From a virus (Duplodnaviria; Heunggongvirae; Uroviricota; Caudoviricetes), in IMG/VR virus record IMGVR_UViG_2925939204_000007, positions 1-39,985 of that record: 39,985 bases of DNA; one strand, given 5' to 3'. The notes beneath the pieces are model-generated. The model searched no databases. It saw only the letters and a list, made by a program, of their open reading frames with translations, and was not told the origin of the DNA. Each line of letters begins with the position of its first letter. Within the stretch, counting starts at the first letter, position 1. Made by a program: the position numbers and the translations under genes. This document shows, piece by piece, positions 18,869-28,889 of the stretch.

Positions 18869-20186
18869 TCTCTATGTCCTCGTCGGTAATGGATGCCCCG
18901 ATGCCGGTTACGTCAGAATTTTCGCGCAAATCGGTCATAGCGGCTTTCAGTGTCATCAGACCATCACCCAGCGCCGTACTGATTGCGTTGGTAGTGTTTA
19001 ACGCCACCGTTGAGCGATCGACATCAGACATTTGCCAGAGCGGGTTAAACTCAAACGTGAAATCGTCCGGCAGCGGCTTACCGAGTTCCGAGCGGTGCAT
19101 AATGTCCAGTATCCGGCGCATCGGCATCCGTAAGCGGCGCTCCTGCAATGAGCTCACCCGGTCGTAATAGTTGGCGAGGTCTGCGTCACCAGTAGAGAAG
19201 CCTTTCGGGGATTGACCGAACAGTCGCACCAGCGGGATACCAACAGCACCGCTGATCTGCTCAGCGAACTGCGAAAGAATGTCATCCAGACCGCTGAAGC
19301 TGTACTGGTGGGTTTCGAACTTATCCCGCGAGTCCATGAGCGTCATACCTTCATTGCTCTGGAACTGGCGGATCAGGTCGATGTTCTTCAGCAACGCTTC
19401 GAACGCCGGGCCTCCAAGCGCGATAAGCTCGCGCAACTTCTCCACGCTATAGGTACGCAGATGCGCTTTATAGACCAGCTGCGCCGCGCCGACAGTAGCG
19501 CTATCGAACGCAGTAAGCCGATCCCAGATACGCTCTACAACCGACATTCCCCATTCGTTTTCGGTCATTTTCTGCTGGAATGGTAGCGTGACGCCATCGA
19601 AGCGAATCAGGCGGCTGTGATGGATGCGCCAGGCCGGGATGCCCGTTGCAGTGGTCACCACGTCGTAAAACTCAGGTTTGCCGAGATCTGGCCCCATCTC
19701 TTTAATGCGGCGGGTCAGGACCGGGTTAATCATCCAGCGGTCGAGCGGGAGAATGCCCTTAAACTTGCCTTCTCCAATGGTTTCGAGCCGCAGCGGGGTC
19801 ATTGGTGCCTGCCCCTCGATCATGATGAAGCCGACCGCGCCGCCGTAGAGGCGAGACCACTTCAGCACGTCGTTCAGCGCATCCCAGATCTGCAACTCAT
19901 CCAGCTGCGCTTCCAGGGTGCCACGGTCTTTGGCGTCAATCTCCGAAGTGATGCGAATGCCTTTCCGGGTCATATCGTCCGGGATAGCGTCGACCGCTTC
20001 GCCGATAACCCACGATCCGCGATATGACCATTCCACCAGCATGCGGTTGCGGCTGGTGAAGTTCGCCCGGTAGGTCGATGCTGAATGCTGGTTAGGCGTC
20101 TGCATCCCCACGCGGGCGACAAAGTTTTCATAGCCATCAGCGGTGGCCTGCGCCGTTCGCTGAGAGGCTTGCTTGTTTCGTGCCAT
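18717..20186 (-). CDS. Portal protein
   Basis: 489 aa; ATGA overlap with the terminase stop; acidic C-terminus. Confidence 0.85.
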   Translation of the reverse strand: MARNKQASQRTAQATADGYENFVARVGMQTPNQHSASTYRANFTSRNRMLVEWSYRGSWVIGEAVDAIPDDMTRKGIRITSEIDAKDRGTLEAQLDELQIWDALNDVLKWSRLYGGAVGFIMIEGQAPMTPLRLETIGEGKFKGILPLDRWMINPVLTRRIKEMGPDLGKPEFYDVVTTATGIPAWRIHHSRLIRFDGVTLPFQQKMTENEWGMSVVERIWDRLTAFDSATVGAAQLVYKAHLRTYSVEKLRELIALGGPAFEALLKNIDLIRQFQSNEGMTLMDSRDKFETHQYSFSGLDDILSQFAEQISGAVGIPLVRLFGQSPKGFSTGDADLANYYDRVSSLQERRLRMPMRRILDIMHRSELGKPLPDDFTFEFNPLWQMSDVDRSTVALNTTNAISTALGDGLMTLKAAMTDLRENSDVTGIGASITDEDIENAEDEAPPGIGELGDKPPESPGGDPISNEPTADSAGGRGYRKWSLRWFKR

Positions 20187-21808
20187 CAGGCCTGTCTCCC
20201 TAGCAGCTCCCAGATGTTCAGGGCTGAATTCATTGGCGCGTAGCTGATCATCACCGAGTCGGCGAGGTTCGGCGACTTGGTGCCGTCAGGCTGTTTATCA
20301 ACAACGATTTTCCCCACACCGTTAATGGAATAGGTCGGTTGCGACAGCTCGATGATGAGTTTGTCTTTGCTCGCCATGGCGCTGCTGATTGAGATAATTT
20401 CGTCCGGGTTGTAGGCCATTCCCTCAACCACGGCGCGATAGGTGTTCTGGAAAAGCTTGCGTAATTGCCACCAGCTCTGGGCCTTGGCGTTAGCAAAGAA
20501 GTCCTTGTTCAGGCGGGCGGCCTGTCCGTTGTCGCCGCGCACCGCTTCGTCGTCCGGATCAAACACCGCGCCGCTACCGCGAAACGGTGTGGCGAGTATT
20601 GACGGTCGGCGCGCAGCGTTACGCAGTTCGTTGATGGCGCGTGCATCGCCGCGAACGCCAGCGCCCAGGCCGTCCTCGTCGAAGCGAAATTCTTCGAGGT
20701 TGTCCTGTTCGCAAAAGCCGAAGACCTTCTCAACGGACTGGTAAATGTCGCTGCCCACGCCGGACCATTCCCGCACGTTCTCCAGGAGGAAGCCGTGACG
20801 GGTCGAAAAGGCGTTTTTGTCCCGGCCTTCGTCGGCGACGTCCATCGCGCCCAGTCGCTTGCCCGTTGGCTGAATACCAAGTTTGATATGCGCGTCGACG
20901 GCAGCCTGTACCCAGTCGGACGGGATCAGGACGCCTTCCGCAGATGCGCTGTAGTTCAGGTCAAGTTCCTGCGCCACCACCACCGGATTGTCGATTTTCT
21001 CGCACTCCCTGCGATACCACTCTTCATCCTTGCGCGGGTCATCTCGCCAGTGGAACGTGAATACTGGTATTTTTCCGCCGTGGCGCTTCTGCGCGAACGG
21101 GTTCGCCATGCCATTAACCGAGCTCAGGTCAATACGGCAACGGGTGGTTTGCGACAGCGCCGCATCAATCAACAGAGGACGCTGGAGGAATGCAGCTTCA
21201 TCCACCAGGTAGAGCGTGGTACGGTCACCACGTCCGATATTGTCGCCAGCCTCGCCTTTGATAACCGCGCCAGTATCGGGAAACTCAACGCGCATGTACG
21301 GCGCGTGCTTCTTCTCGTCCCACGAACCGCGAAACTCGACGGGCAGCGTTTCCACGAACTTGCGCGCCTTCCAGAACAGCGCCTTCGGGTCTCCGGTGCT
21401 GTCGACGTATTCCTCTTTACGGGAGCCGAAGCCGATGACCATTTCTTTGTTGAAGAGGCAGAGCGAACAGGCCAGCCCGATCGCCGTCCAGCTGAGCCCC
21501 ATTTCGCGGCTCTTTTCGGTGATGCCGTTCTCCAGCCGTTCGCGCCGCTCCATGATCCAGTGAATCCACTCTTCCTGTTTCGGAAACAGCAGAAAAGGGA
21601 TGGTGACCGGCAGGCCATAATCGATGTTACGCGGGTCAGTAGTCATCCCCCAGTCGATGATGAACTGTGCCGGGTTGGTGCGGTAAAACTGCTTTAGCGC
21701 TGGCAGCATTTCAGGGTTCTGGCGAATGCGCTGTAAGCGCTCCATCCGCCATTCAAAAACCATCTGGTAATCAGGGTTTCTGAAATCGAATTCAAACGGG
21801 AGAGGCAT
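20186..21808 (-). CDS. Terminase large subunit
   Basis: ATG at 21808, 2 nt after the small-subunit stop; about 540 aa; upstream of the portal. Confidence 0.85.
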   Translation of the reverse strand: MPLPFEFDFRNPDYQMVFEWRMERLQRIRQNPEMLPALKQFYRTNPAQFIIDWGMTTDPRNIDYGLPVTIPFLLFPKQEEWIHWIMERRERLENGITEKSREMGLSWTAIGLACSLCLFNKEMVIGFGSRKEEYVDSTGDPKALFWKARKFVETLPVEFRGSWDEKKHAPYMRVEFPDTGAVIKGEAGDNIGRGDRTTLYLVDEAAFLQRPLLIDAALSQTTRCRIDLSSVNGMANPFAQKRHGGKIPVFTFHWRDDPRKDEEWYRRECEKIDNPVVVAQELDLNYSASAEGVLIPSDWVQAAVDAHIKLGIQPTGKRLGAMDVADEGRDKNAFSTRHGFLLENVREWSGVGSDIYQSVEKVFGFCEQDNLEEFRFDEDGLGAGVRGDARAINELRNAARRPSILATPFRGSGAVFDPDDEAVRGDNGQAARLNKDFFANAKAQSWWQLRKLFQNTYRAVVEGMAYNPDEIISISSAMASKDKLIIELSQPTYSINGVGKIVVDKQPDGTKSPNLADSVMISYAPMNSALNIWELLGRQA

Positions 21809-21810
21809 GA

Positions 21811-22284
21811 TCACCCCATCATCTTGCGGTAAATCTCTGCGGCCTGATCTGCAGTGAGATTGGTCGTCTCGGTCTTGATCGGGCCGCCATCCTTGCCGGT
21901 GCTCTCAACCTTCAGCTTATTGGTGTAAGCGTCGCCAACCTCTTTCGCGGCCTGTTCAATCAGCTGCGCCGTCAGGGAGAAGTTTTTCATCCCCTCGGTT
22001 TTGGTTGCCATGCGGTCAAGCACGCGGAGGCGATAGGATTTGTTCGCGATCGGAATGTCGCTGGTTTCGGTCAGGAACCGTTCGCGCGTCGCGTGGAACA
22101 TCTCGATCCACTTTTTGGCGAGCGTCTTACCGCTGGCCTTCGTGGGGTCGTGAGATTCAGCCTGCTGGCGGGTGATCTTGATCCCAAATTCTTTTTGGAC
22201 AGCCTCGACCACCTGCGATGGCGTGTCATAGCACGCAAGCGACTGAATGATGAAGGCTTTCACATCAGGTTTTAATGCAGCCAT
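21811..22284 (-). CDS. Terminase small subunit (putative)
   Basis: 157 aa immediately upstream of the large subunit. Confidence 0.5.
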   Translation of the reverse strand: MAALKPDVKAFIIQSLACYDTPSQVVEAVQKEFGIKITRQQAESHDPTKASGKTLAKKWIEMFHATRERFLTETSDIPIANKSYRLRVLDRMATKTEGMKNFSLTAQLIEQAAKEVGDAYTNKLKVESTGKDGGPIKTETTNLTADQAAEIYRKMMG

Positions 22285-22315
22285 AAATCACCATTCGTCT
22301 TATACAGTCCAGTAT

Positions 22316-22936
22316 TTAAGCCAGTCGCAGCATGCACGTCCCGCACGCTCTGGCAATATCGAGATGAGCAACCTCCGCTGGCTGATTCGCCGCATCAATC
22401 ATTTCCTGCACGTCCCGGCTTGCACCGTAACGGCGAACCACGCCCACAAACTCTTCCACGTCATGACCGCGCAGCTTCAGCTTTGGCTGCCCTTCCTGCG
22501 TGAACTTCGGCGCGCCAAATTCATCTGTCGCCTGGCAGATGTGATAAAGCTCGTGCTCTATCAGCGCGCAGAACTCCAGATCGGAACATTGCGAACAGTA
22601 ATCGGCGGCGAGCGTGATGATGAAATGCGGCACCCTGCCGAACCATTCATACATCTGCTGCTCCATCCGCGCTTTCTGCCAGCCTCCGGCACGCATTGCC
22701 ACTTCTTCCGCCTGCCCCAGCACGGAACGCCCTTTCTTCTCGAAAGCGTTCGACGCCCAGAGAAAGCACAGATCCGCTTCAAGCAAATGCTGGTGGTCAG
22801 GGTTGTAGAGGTCACCCTCATCGCTCAGGATGTGCTGATTCAGCCACTCGCCAACGTCATTAGCGGGCATAATGCTGATGTACGGCTTCGGGTCAGGTGG
22901 CATCGTAAAATGCGCTGGTGGGTGTGGTCTGTTCAT
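22316..22936 (-). CDS. Putative zinc metallopeptidase-like protein (HExxH motif)
   Basis: 206 aa; ALIEHELYHI contains HELYH; several Cys near the C-terminus; located between lysis and packaging genes. Confidence 0.55.
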   Translation of the reverse strand: MNRPHPPAHFTMPPDPKPYISIMPANDVGEWLNQHILSDEGDLYNPDHQHLLEADLCFLWASNAFEKKGRSVLGQAEEVAMRAGGWQKARMEQQMYEWFGRVPHFIITLAADYCSQCSDLEFCALIEHELYHICQATDEFGAPKFTQEGQPKLKLRGHDVEEFVGVVRRYGASRDVQEMIDAANQPAEVAHLDIARACGTCMLRLA

Positions 22937-22990
22937 GAATAATTCCAGTGCTCCATTATCGAAGCCCCTCAGTGAAGGGCTTCTGTAATG

Positions 22991-23176
22991 TCAGTCCCGG
23001 ACGAACGTAACCTTTGTGGTTATCATTCGCCGCACAAGGCGCGCCACTTCGCGTTGCATTTCATCAATTACTTTTGGCGTCAGTGGTTGATGCGCATATT
23101 TACGCTCAATCTCTGCAAAAATCCCGTTCAGCGCCTCGCTGCTTGGCGGGATAACTTCAACGTTTAATCGTGCCAT
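22991..23176 (-). CDS. Hypothetical small protein
   Basis: 61 aa ORF with ATG start between the spanin and the HExxH gene. Confidence 0.35.
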   Translation of the reverse strand: MARLNVEVIPPSSEALNGIFAEIERKYAHQPLTPKVIDEMQREVARLVRRMITTKVTFVRD

Positions 23177-23435
23177 CGGTTTGTCCTGCCCTGTTGTTCT
23201 CGAAAGTCCTGATATCAGCCTTATCCCTGTTGCACTGTGCTAACGCTGACAACAACGCAACATTCAGGTTAAGGCTTGCTCCCCACGTAAACGGATCGGG
23301 TAAATCTGGCTGGGGTGTTTCAGCCGTCAGGTTGGCTGGTAACGGAACCACCGGAACTGGAACGTAGACCGTTCGCGTAGTCGTGCAGCCGCTTAACTGC
23401 GCCAGAAGGCACAAAACGAACAGCACAATCATCAT
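23157..23435 (-). CDS. o-spanin (Rz1-like outer-membrane lipoprotein), overlapped with Rz
   Basis: Internal start MMIVLFVLCLLAQLSGC (lipobox LSGC) in the +1 frame of Rz; proline-rich mature part; extends past the Rz stop. Confidence 0.6.
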   Translation of the reverse strand: MMIVLFVLCLLAQLSGCTTTRTVYVPVPVVPLPANLTAETPQPDLPDPFTWGASLNLNVALLSALAQCNRDKADIRTFENNRAGQTDGTIKR

Positions 23436-23712
23436 CCGCAACAGCCACTTTGATATCTTCCTCGGTTCTCTGTGACTCCAGTGCGATCTGCTGCCTGGCA
23501 TATTGATTTGTCTCCAGAATGATGTTCGTTATTGCTACGGTGCGCAGGACATTCGCGGTGATGGTCTCAAAGGAATCAGCGCGCTGTTCTGCATCGTCAG
23601 CGCGCCGCTGTTCCTCCAGAAACTTTCCATGGTAATGATTCGCTGACCAGACAAGACCACCAGCAATACAAGCAATAAACGTTAAAATGAGCGCCCAATA
23701 ACTCATCTTCAT
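23320..23712 (-). CDS. i-spanin (Rz-like)
   Basis: 130 aa; N-terminal TM helix then charged coiled-coil-like region; start overlaps the endolysin stop. Confidence 0.65.
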   Translation of the reverse strand: MKMSYWALILTFIACIAGGLVWSANHYHGKFLEEQRRADDAEQRADSFETITANVLRTVAITNIILETNQYARQQIALESQRTEEDIKVAVADDDCAVRFVPSGAVKRLHDYANGLRSSSGGSVTSQPDG

Positions 23713-24323
23713 ACCAGCAGCGCCGCCCGCGCCTTGTTGTATCGGACCTTACGATCCTCAATACCGTTCAGACCGCCGTTAATGATGCGAGTAACACGAT
23801 TAATATCGGCACCGTAGATCATGCAGCCTTTAGAGGTGTAGAACCATGCAGCTGAGCGCGCAGCCTGTAGTTCCTGTTCCAGTTGTTCAGGTGAAGTCAC
23901 CAAATCTAACTTCAGAGCAGCCCCGCAGGTGCGATAATTGTCGAGGCCAGTGATTTGAATTAACCCTCTGCCGCGATATTTCCAGCCGTCGCCGGGCGCT
24001 TTGTTACCCAGGCGGTTGCTATACACCAGATTGGCAATAGCATCCTGACGAGCTGCATGTCCGGATGTTCTGCCAAGGGCATCAGCCTGCTGCTGTGTGA
24101 TCCTCTTTCCGAACGTCGCCACCAGCGCAGATGGTGTGTAGTTCAAATTTTCAACTACAGCGCTAAAGCCACCAGACTCATGACCTACCTGAGCGATGAA
24201 CATGGCCTGATCCGCGGGTGCTGTAATGCCGAATTCTTTCATCGCTGCATCTACTGGTTGAAACCAGCGCACAGCCAGTCCGGCGCTGATACCAGCCGCC
24301 TTTTGAAATAATTGTTGGTTCAT
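23709..24323 (-). CDS. Endolysin, glycoside hydrolase family 19 (chitinase-like lysozyme)
   Basis: 204 aa; motifs AQVGHESGGF... and YRGRGLIQITGLDNY typical of GH19 phage endolysins. Confidence 0.8.
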   Translation of the reverse strand: MNQQLFQKAAGISAGLAVRWFQPVDAAMKEFGITAPADQAMFIAQVGHESGGFSAVVENLNYTPSALVATFGKRITQQQADALGRTSGHAARQDAIANLVYSNRLGNKAPGDGWKYRGRGLIQITGLDNYRTCGAALKLDLVTSPEQLEQELQAARSAAWFYTSKGCMIYGADINRVTRIINGGLNGIEDRKVRYNKARAALLV

Positions 24324-24604
24324 TAGTGCCTCAGATGATCAACCAGGCGTGCAACGTTGCCTCTGACGGCCACCAGCACGGAAAGAAAAATAGTATTCGC
24401 CACGATAATGGGCCATGAGGAATGGGGATAAATCCCACAGAGATAGGCCAACGGAACAGCACTGTATGTAACAGTAATCAGCCAGGCTAAACGTGAAACC
24501 CAAGGACGATGCCGCGAATCACCACGACGATAAAACATCAGAGTAATAACAACACAAGCACATAACAGCGCGTTTATAGTTGCTGTCGGGTCATTTAGCT
24601 CCAC
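24323..24604 (-). CDS. Holin (putative)
   Basis: 93 aa, GTG start with GGGGAGG RBS; multiple hydrophobic helices; immediately upstream of the endolysin. Confidence 0.6.
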   Translation of the reverse strand: MELNDPTATINALLCACVVITLMFYRRGDSRHRPWVSRLAWLITVTYSAVPLAYLCGIYPHSSWPIIVANTIFLSVLVAVRGNVARLVDHLRH

Positions 24605-24977
24605 CTGAACCTCCCCGGCGCGTTATGAGCGCCACCAGCGACCCGATATCCTGATTATTCAGGAACGTCAGGATCTTAACGGCTAAAGCAGATACGATTA
24701 CGGCACCAATGGCATCCAGAGGTTTATCACTGTATCCGGTCAAGCTTGCCAGCTTGGAGCCAACCAACCCAGAGCAAAGGATCCCGGCAATATACGACAC
24801 GATAAAATATGCCAGTCGGCGCGATGCGCTCAGATCCGCTGCTGTTGCTATGTAGAATACAGCCCCTGCAAATGCGCCAAATACAACGCCGTAATCAGTT
24901 CCGGTCAGCAGTCCATAAACACTGGCACCCGTCAGGGCACCACCAGCCAGCCCAGTACCGGAAATTGGATCGGACAT
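24591..24977 (-). CDS. Holin-like membrane protein (holin or antiholin partner)
   Basis: 128 aa; Gly/Ala-rich TM segments; AGAGGGGG RBS; first gene of the lysis cassette. Confidence 0.55.
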   Translation of the reverse strand: MSDPISGTGLAGGALTGASVYGLLTGTDYGVVFGAFAGAVFYIATAADLSASRRLAYFIVSYIAGILCSGLVGSKLASLTGYSDKPLDAIGAVIVSALAVKILTFLNNQDIGSLVALITRRGGSGGAK

Positions 24978-25090
24978 TTAGCCCCCTCTTAATTGCTGTG
25001 AGTCCTCTCAGGTATGAGGGGAAATAGGCTCAGGCTTCACGGGTTGGATTTATCAACAAAGCACGTAGCGGATGATTACCGTGAGCCGGA

Positions 25091-25119
25091 AATAAAAAAG
25101 CCCCAGCGGGTGCCGGGGC
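25091..25119 (-). terminator. Rho-independent terminator-like hairpin upstream of the lysis cassette
   Basis: GCCCC...GGGGC stem followed on the - strand by UUUUUUAUUU. Confidence 0.45.
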
Positions 25120-25211
25120 GAGTTATAGATAAGTGCATGCTCTAGCAGCAAATCACTGTATTTGATATCGTTAAATCGCCAAAAATAACCCTATCAAACA
25201 TGGAGAATTAT

Positions 25212-25364
25212 ATGAGTGAATCAAACAAACCATCTGGAGAAAATAAGCCTCAACCCGCACCACAGCCTAAACCGGCTCCACAGCCAGCCGAAAGAAATCT
25301 GAGGACAGGTTATACCTTTGTTGCCGATTCTGCTGAAAACATCAGAAAAAAAGGTAAGTAAGTA
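25212..25364 (+). CDS. Small proline-rich protein (50 aa), hypothetical
   Basis: Not in the ORF track; GGAGAA 6 nt before ATG; MSESNKPSGENKPQPAPQPKPAPQPAERNLRTGYTFVADSAENIRKKGK; convergent with, and overlapping the 3' end of, the membrane-protein gene. Confidence 0.3.
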
Positions 25365-25911
25365 CTGAGATTACAAGTGCACAAACAGGGGTGAGGATTG
25401 TAGCGATCCTTACCCTTTCTAGTTCTCGGCCTATTCTGGCATTCTCTTTTTTACTCATTTCAGCCATTCTGGTTAAATCCGCAAGCCGGTAGCGCCGCAA
25501 GACGTTCAATGTTGAACGCTTTCCTGAAAATCCTTTCGACTCAAAACCAGTGTAATCATCTTCAGTAAACCCTTTATAGTCATCATGGTAAAGCGCATAG
25601 GGTGTCGATGACACGAGAGCTCGTGACCTTACAACGAGGACGCAGCGAACAAGATAAGCCGCACACATTGCCCAGTAGACTAAAAAAACAGACATTCCAG
25701 CGGTGAGGTAATCAAAACCTGTACGTTGCGTTAATAACAAAAATGACGAGCCCACGCCAGCAATGAGTATACTCAATAACTTCTGGCCATTTTCTTTGTT
25801 TAGTGCGTTGGACTGGTGAATTTCGCGTATACAATCCTCGCCCTGCTTCTCCAGAAAAGCAACGAGTTCGTCGTCCGCATCCAAAAAGTAATCATCGGGT
25901 AGATTATTCAT
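25342..25911 (-). CDS. Membrane protein of unknown function (moron between Q and lysis genes)
   Basis: 189 aa; 2-3 predicted TM helices; relatively AT-rich; flanked by terminator-like hairpins. Confidence 0.6.
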   Translation of the reverse strand: MNNLPDDYFLDADDELVAFLEKQGEDCIREIHQSNALNKENGQKLLSILIAGVGSSFLLLTQRTGFDYLTAGMSVFLVYWAMCAAYLVRCVLVVRSRALVSSTPYALYHDDYKGFTEDDYTGFESKGFSGKRSTLNVLRRYRLADLTRMAEMSKKENARIGRELERVRIATILTPVCALVISVLTYLFF

Positions 25912-25988
25912 TCCCCAACCTCACATCCTGTAATGCATCAATTTTACCTGAATGTCTCGAACCTTGGTATTGCTGTCTCCAGAAACGC

Positions 25989-26016
25989 AAAAAACCCCAC
26001 GGTGTTATCCGCAGGG
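25989..26016 (-). terminator. tR'-like terminator downstream of Q
   Basis: On - strand CCCUGCGG-AUAACA-CCGUGGGG (8-bp stem with two G-U pairs) followed by U6. Confidence 0.45.
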
Positions 26017-26115
26017 CTTGAAACGAAGGCATTAACCCATCGTTGGGACAAAATTAACACAGATTCGGGAAAAGTAAATAGCCCAAGACAAAATCATAGG
26101 CTATCGCTATAGGCG

Positions 26116-26898
26116 TTACCGCGTTATCTGCTTAAGCTGTTTTTCGGCCCAGGACTCTTCGATATCAAATTTCGTGATCAGCAGGTCGTAGAATGGCTTA
26201 ACAGACTTTTTCCAGGTGTCCAGGCTAATGGCGTCAGTAATCTGGCATACAGCAGCATAGGCTTCAGTCGACGGAAGTCGTTCATACCCACGCCCTCCGC
26301 AGCGCTTACAGTCAGCCAGAACAGGAACGCCCTGTTTCTCAGTAAGAGCCTGGTTCACTGCCTTGCCGCGCCCATGGCAATCACTGCAAGAAGCACTAAC
26401 CACACCAGAGCCATTACACTTTTTGCATAGCACTTTGATGGATTCTTTGACCTTCACCATCCCGGACACGGTCATTTTCCCTTCTGGCTTACGGAATTTA
26501 TTGGTAAACACGTCAGCCTCAATGAAGCCCTGACCGTCACAACAATCGCACTGCTTCACGCTGGCAGCGCTGCGGGAATAGTCCTCAAAAGCGAAGGTGG
26601 CCAACTGGTGCATCACCTGAGGTTTAACCGCGGCACCGAGCTTACGCAGTGCGGCAACCTTGTCGCATTTTGTCATCGCGTACTCAGCCAGCAGACCGAT
26701 CGCCCGATCCCGGTCGTTATTGCTTATGCCCATCTTGCCGAGGAAGGCGCTGTAACCCATTGCGGCGCGTTCCTGCGTCATGCCCATGGCAGCCATTATG
26801 TCGGTACCGGTCAGTGAATCGGAGGCGGTAGCGCGCGGAGAATCGCTAATCAGTGTGGATTTAGCGAAGTGGTATTTCACTGTGTTTTCAAGGTTCAT
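26116..26898 (-). CDS. Late-gene antitermination protein Q-like
   Basis: 260 aa; multiple CxxC zinc-finger-like pairs; position downstream of rusA and upstream of the lysis cassette. Confidence 0.75.
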   Translation of the reverse strand: MNLENTVKYHFAKSTLISDSPRATASDSLTGTDIMAAMGMTQERAAMGYSAFLGKMGISNNDRDRAIGLLAEYAMTKCDKVAALRKLGAAVKPQVMHQLATFAFEDYSRSAASVKQCDCCDGQGFIEADVFTNKFRKPEGKMTVSGMVKVKESIKVLCKKCNGSGVVSASCSDCHGRGKAVNQALTEKQGVPVLADCKRCGGRGYERLPSTEAYAAVCQITDAISLDTWKKSVKPFYDLLITKFDIEESWAEKQLKQITR

Positions 26899-27031
26899 AG
26901 CGCTTCTCCAGCATAAGTTTTCACGTAATTCTTCAGTATCTGGTAGTCCGTTAGCACAGAGCCGGGAAAGTGGTATAAGCGAAGCCGCTGCCAGCGAACG
27001 CGGAGGTGATCGGAAAAACAGGATTCAAATG

Positions 27032-27394
27032 TCATACGGCCTCCAGCCCGGTGATTGTCAGTTCCAGCTTTCCACCTTTGGTAACGGGCATCTTCACAAC
27101 GCGATAATCAACGACCTGAGCATCGTCCAGCCAGAAACCTGCTTTGGTGAGTGCGTCAAAAGCGGCCTTTTGCAGATTATCCAGGTCACGGCGACGGCGA
27201 TCCGGCATGTGGCACTCAATGCGGATTTTCACAGGCATAGCCAGACCGATATCCAGCATTGCGTTTTTAATGATTCGGGCGACGTTATCGCGGTATGCCT
27301 GCCCTTCTGCGCTGATGTGCGTGCGCCCGCGATTATGGCGGTAGTAGCGGTTATTGCTCGGCGGCCAGGGCAATGTGATGTTGTAAGTATTCAC
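27032..27394 (-). CDS. rusA: Holliday junction resolvase RusA
   Basis: GTG start at 27394 overlapping the upstream stop (GTGA) with GAGGGGG RBS; [25 protein letters not shown]... matches E. coli RusA as recalled. Confidence 0.9.
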   Translation of the reverse strand: MNTYNITLPWPPSNNRYYRHNRGRTHISAEGQAYRDNVARIIKNAMLDIGLAMPVKIRIECHMPDRRRRDLDNLQKAAFDALTKAGFWLDDAQVVDYRVVKMPVTKGGKLELTITGLEAV

Positions 27395-27681
27395 GCCTTG
27401 ATTACCCCCTCTTTCAGCCAGATAACCTGCGTTCTCGCCATACCTTCCAGCGCGCATTCTTTAGCATACTCAGCATCGACAAAATGTGTACGGCGGTCGA
27501 TCTCGTCGTGACAGGCAGAGCATGCAATGGTGGCAATCAGATCAGGCGGTTTGATTCCGGTGCCACATAACCCGGCCAGGCGAATGTGCGCCAGTACAGA
27601 CGTTTCCGGGTTACCGTTGCAGACGCCGGGAATTCGAACCTGACAATCACGACCACGAGCCTCTTTGCGTAAATTTGCCAT
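27391..27681 (-). CDS. DUF1364-family protein (YbcO-like)
   Basis: ATG at 27681 with GGGGTGAG RBS; [28 protein letters not shown]...[11 protein letters not shown] with conserved Cys cluster. Confidence 0.7.
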   Translation of the reverse strand: MANLRKEARGRDCQVRIPGVCNGNPETSVLAHIRLAGLCGTGIKPPDLIATIACSACHDEIDRRTHFVDAEYAKECALEGMARTQVIWLKEGVIKA

Positions 27682-27683
27682 GC

Positions 27684-27890
27684 TCACCCCCACGCCTTGC
27701 TTTGCCATACCCGGCTCGGGCGAGGCGCGTTGTCGCCTTCCGGCAATTGCGCGCTGACGGTCCAGGTGATGTTGTCGCGATTCAGGCTGCGCTCTGTCTT
27801 TACACCGCGCGCCCGGTATTTCTCCACCAGCTCGTCGGCCTGTTCGGTGGTGCATTCGTGATGGTGGAACCAGGAAAATTTCATCGCCAT
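27684..27890 (-). CDS. Small nin-region protein, hypothetical
   Basis: ATG at 27890 overlapping the upstream stop (ATGA); 68 aa. Confidence 0.4.
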   Translation of the reverse strand: MAMKFSWFHHHECTTEQADELVEKYRARGVKTERSLNRDNITWTVSAQLPEGDNAPRPSRVWQSKAWG

Positions 27891-28489
27891 CACCCCGCAA
27901 AGCTCATCAGCTGGGCGGCGGCGTTTTCTGCCTCTTCACAACTGCGAAATGATCGGGAGAGTATCCATCGCCACAGAACATCGAGCGCGGCTTTGTACAG
28001 CTGCTGGAACTCGGTTTCGTCCATGTTAGCGAAGGCAATACTGCGGGGATGTTTGCGAAGTGTTCCGTCAGGAAGCTGAATAGCGTCATAGTGACCAGAC
28101 TCGACGATCACCCAGGCGCGATAAGCATCATAGGATTTGCAGATGCTGATGCTACCGGCGCGCTTATCGGCGATGCGGTCCAGATATTGCTCGGCAGCAT
28201 CCAGCAGTGCGCCTTCGTTTCCACCAAATGCCGCGAGGAATTTAGCATAACCATTTACGAGCTTACGCTCATTGCTGGATATCGCCCCTCCAGTAGGTTC
28301 CCAGTATTCAAACCCGAGATTCAGGAGCGCAAAAAAACGGCGATGGAATGCGGGATTCCTCACCTGGCGAAATTCGGCTACCAGCACGGCGCCGAGTTTG
28401 ATTTTTGATTGCAGAATATCGCTGGTCTCCGGCGTCGCGGGGATCAGGATTCCTGATGACTGCTTGATGAGTTGTAGTTCGTGCGCCAT
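27890..28489 (-). CDS. DUF1367-like nin-region protein
   Basis: 199 aa; position in the nin region. Confidence 0.5.
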   Translation of the reverse strand: MAHELQLIKQSSGILIPATPETSDILQSKIKLGAVLVAEFRQVRNPAFHRRFFALLNLGFEYWEPTGGAISSNERKLVNGYAKFLAAFGGNEGALLDAAEQYLDRIADKRAGSISICKSYDAYRAWVIVESGHYDAIQLPDGTLRKHPRSIAFANMDETEFQQLYKAALDVLWRWILSRSFRSCEEAENAAAQLMSFAG

Positions 28490-28523
28490 GGTTTCTCTCC
28501 GTGGCGCAGTAGGTTACGGTTGT

Positions 28524-28772
28524 TCAGACCGTTGATTTCATATTATCAGAAGGTGGGGTTACCCGGTAGCCGAGACGGTGAATAAACTGCATAAAACCAT
28601 TAGGAGTAAAGACCTCTTCATCATCCAGCAAAGGCCGCATAGAAACCATGCCATTGACGCGATAAATTAGATGCCTGCCCGATGAAGGAAAGCTAAACAC
28701 CACGCAGCCGTCAGACCTTCTTACAATGTCATACCAGTTGTCATCTGACGTTTGCAAAGCTGAATCACTCAC
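28524..28772 (-). CDS. Hypothetical protein downstream of the DinI-like gene (candidate SOS-induced effector)
   Basis: 82 aa; GTG start with AGGGAGAA RBS. Confidence 0.45.
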   Translation of the reverse strand: MSDSALQTSDDNWYDIVRRSDGCVVFSFPSSGRHLIYRVNGMVSMRPLLDDEEVFTPNGFMQFIHRLGYRVTPPSDNMKSTV

Positions 28773-28889
28773 ATTTATGTTCTCCCTTCGAGCGACTAAC
28801 AGACGCGATTAAAGATTGTCGGCAGCAGCATCAGAGGGTTACGCAAATTGCGGTATTCTGATAAATGCGCGCCAGCCTTAAGCGCAATT

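Noticed and set aside
20795-21697. 300-aa ORF on the + strand antisense to the terminase large subunit
   Set aside because: Lies entirely within a well-supported - strand gene; Arg/Ala-rich translation typical of a shadow frame in GC-rich coding DNA; no RBS context.
22247-22942. 231-aa + strand ORF overlapping the HExxH protein gene
   Set aside because: Antisense to a - strand ORF that has a sensible start and a recognisable motif; translation is low-complexity.
25989-26115. Attempt to pinpoint the Q-dependent late promoter (PR'-like)
   Set aside because: Only weak -35/-10 candidates (TTTACT ... TAATTT) could be found by eye; not reported as a feature.
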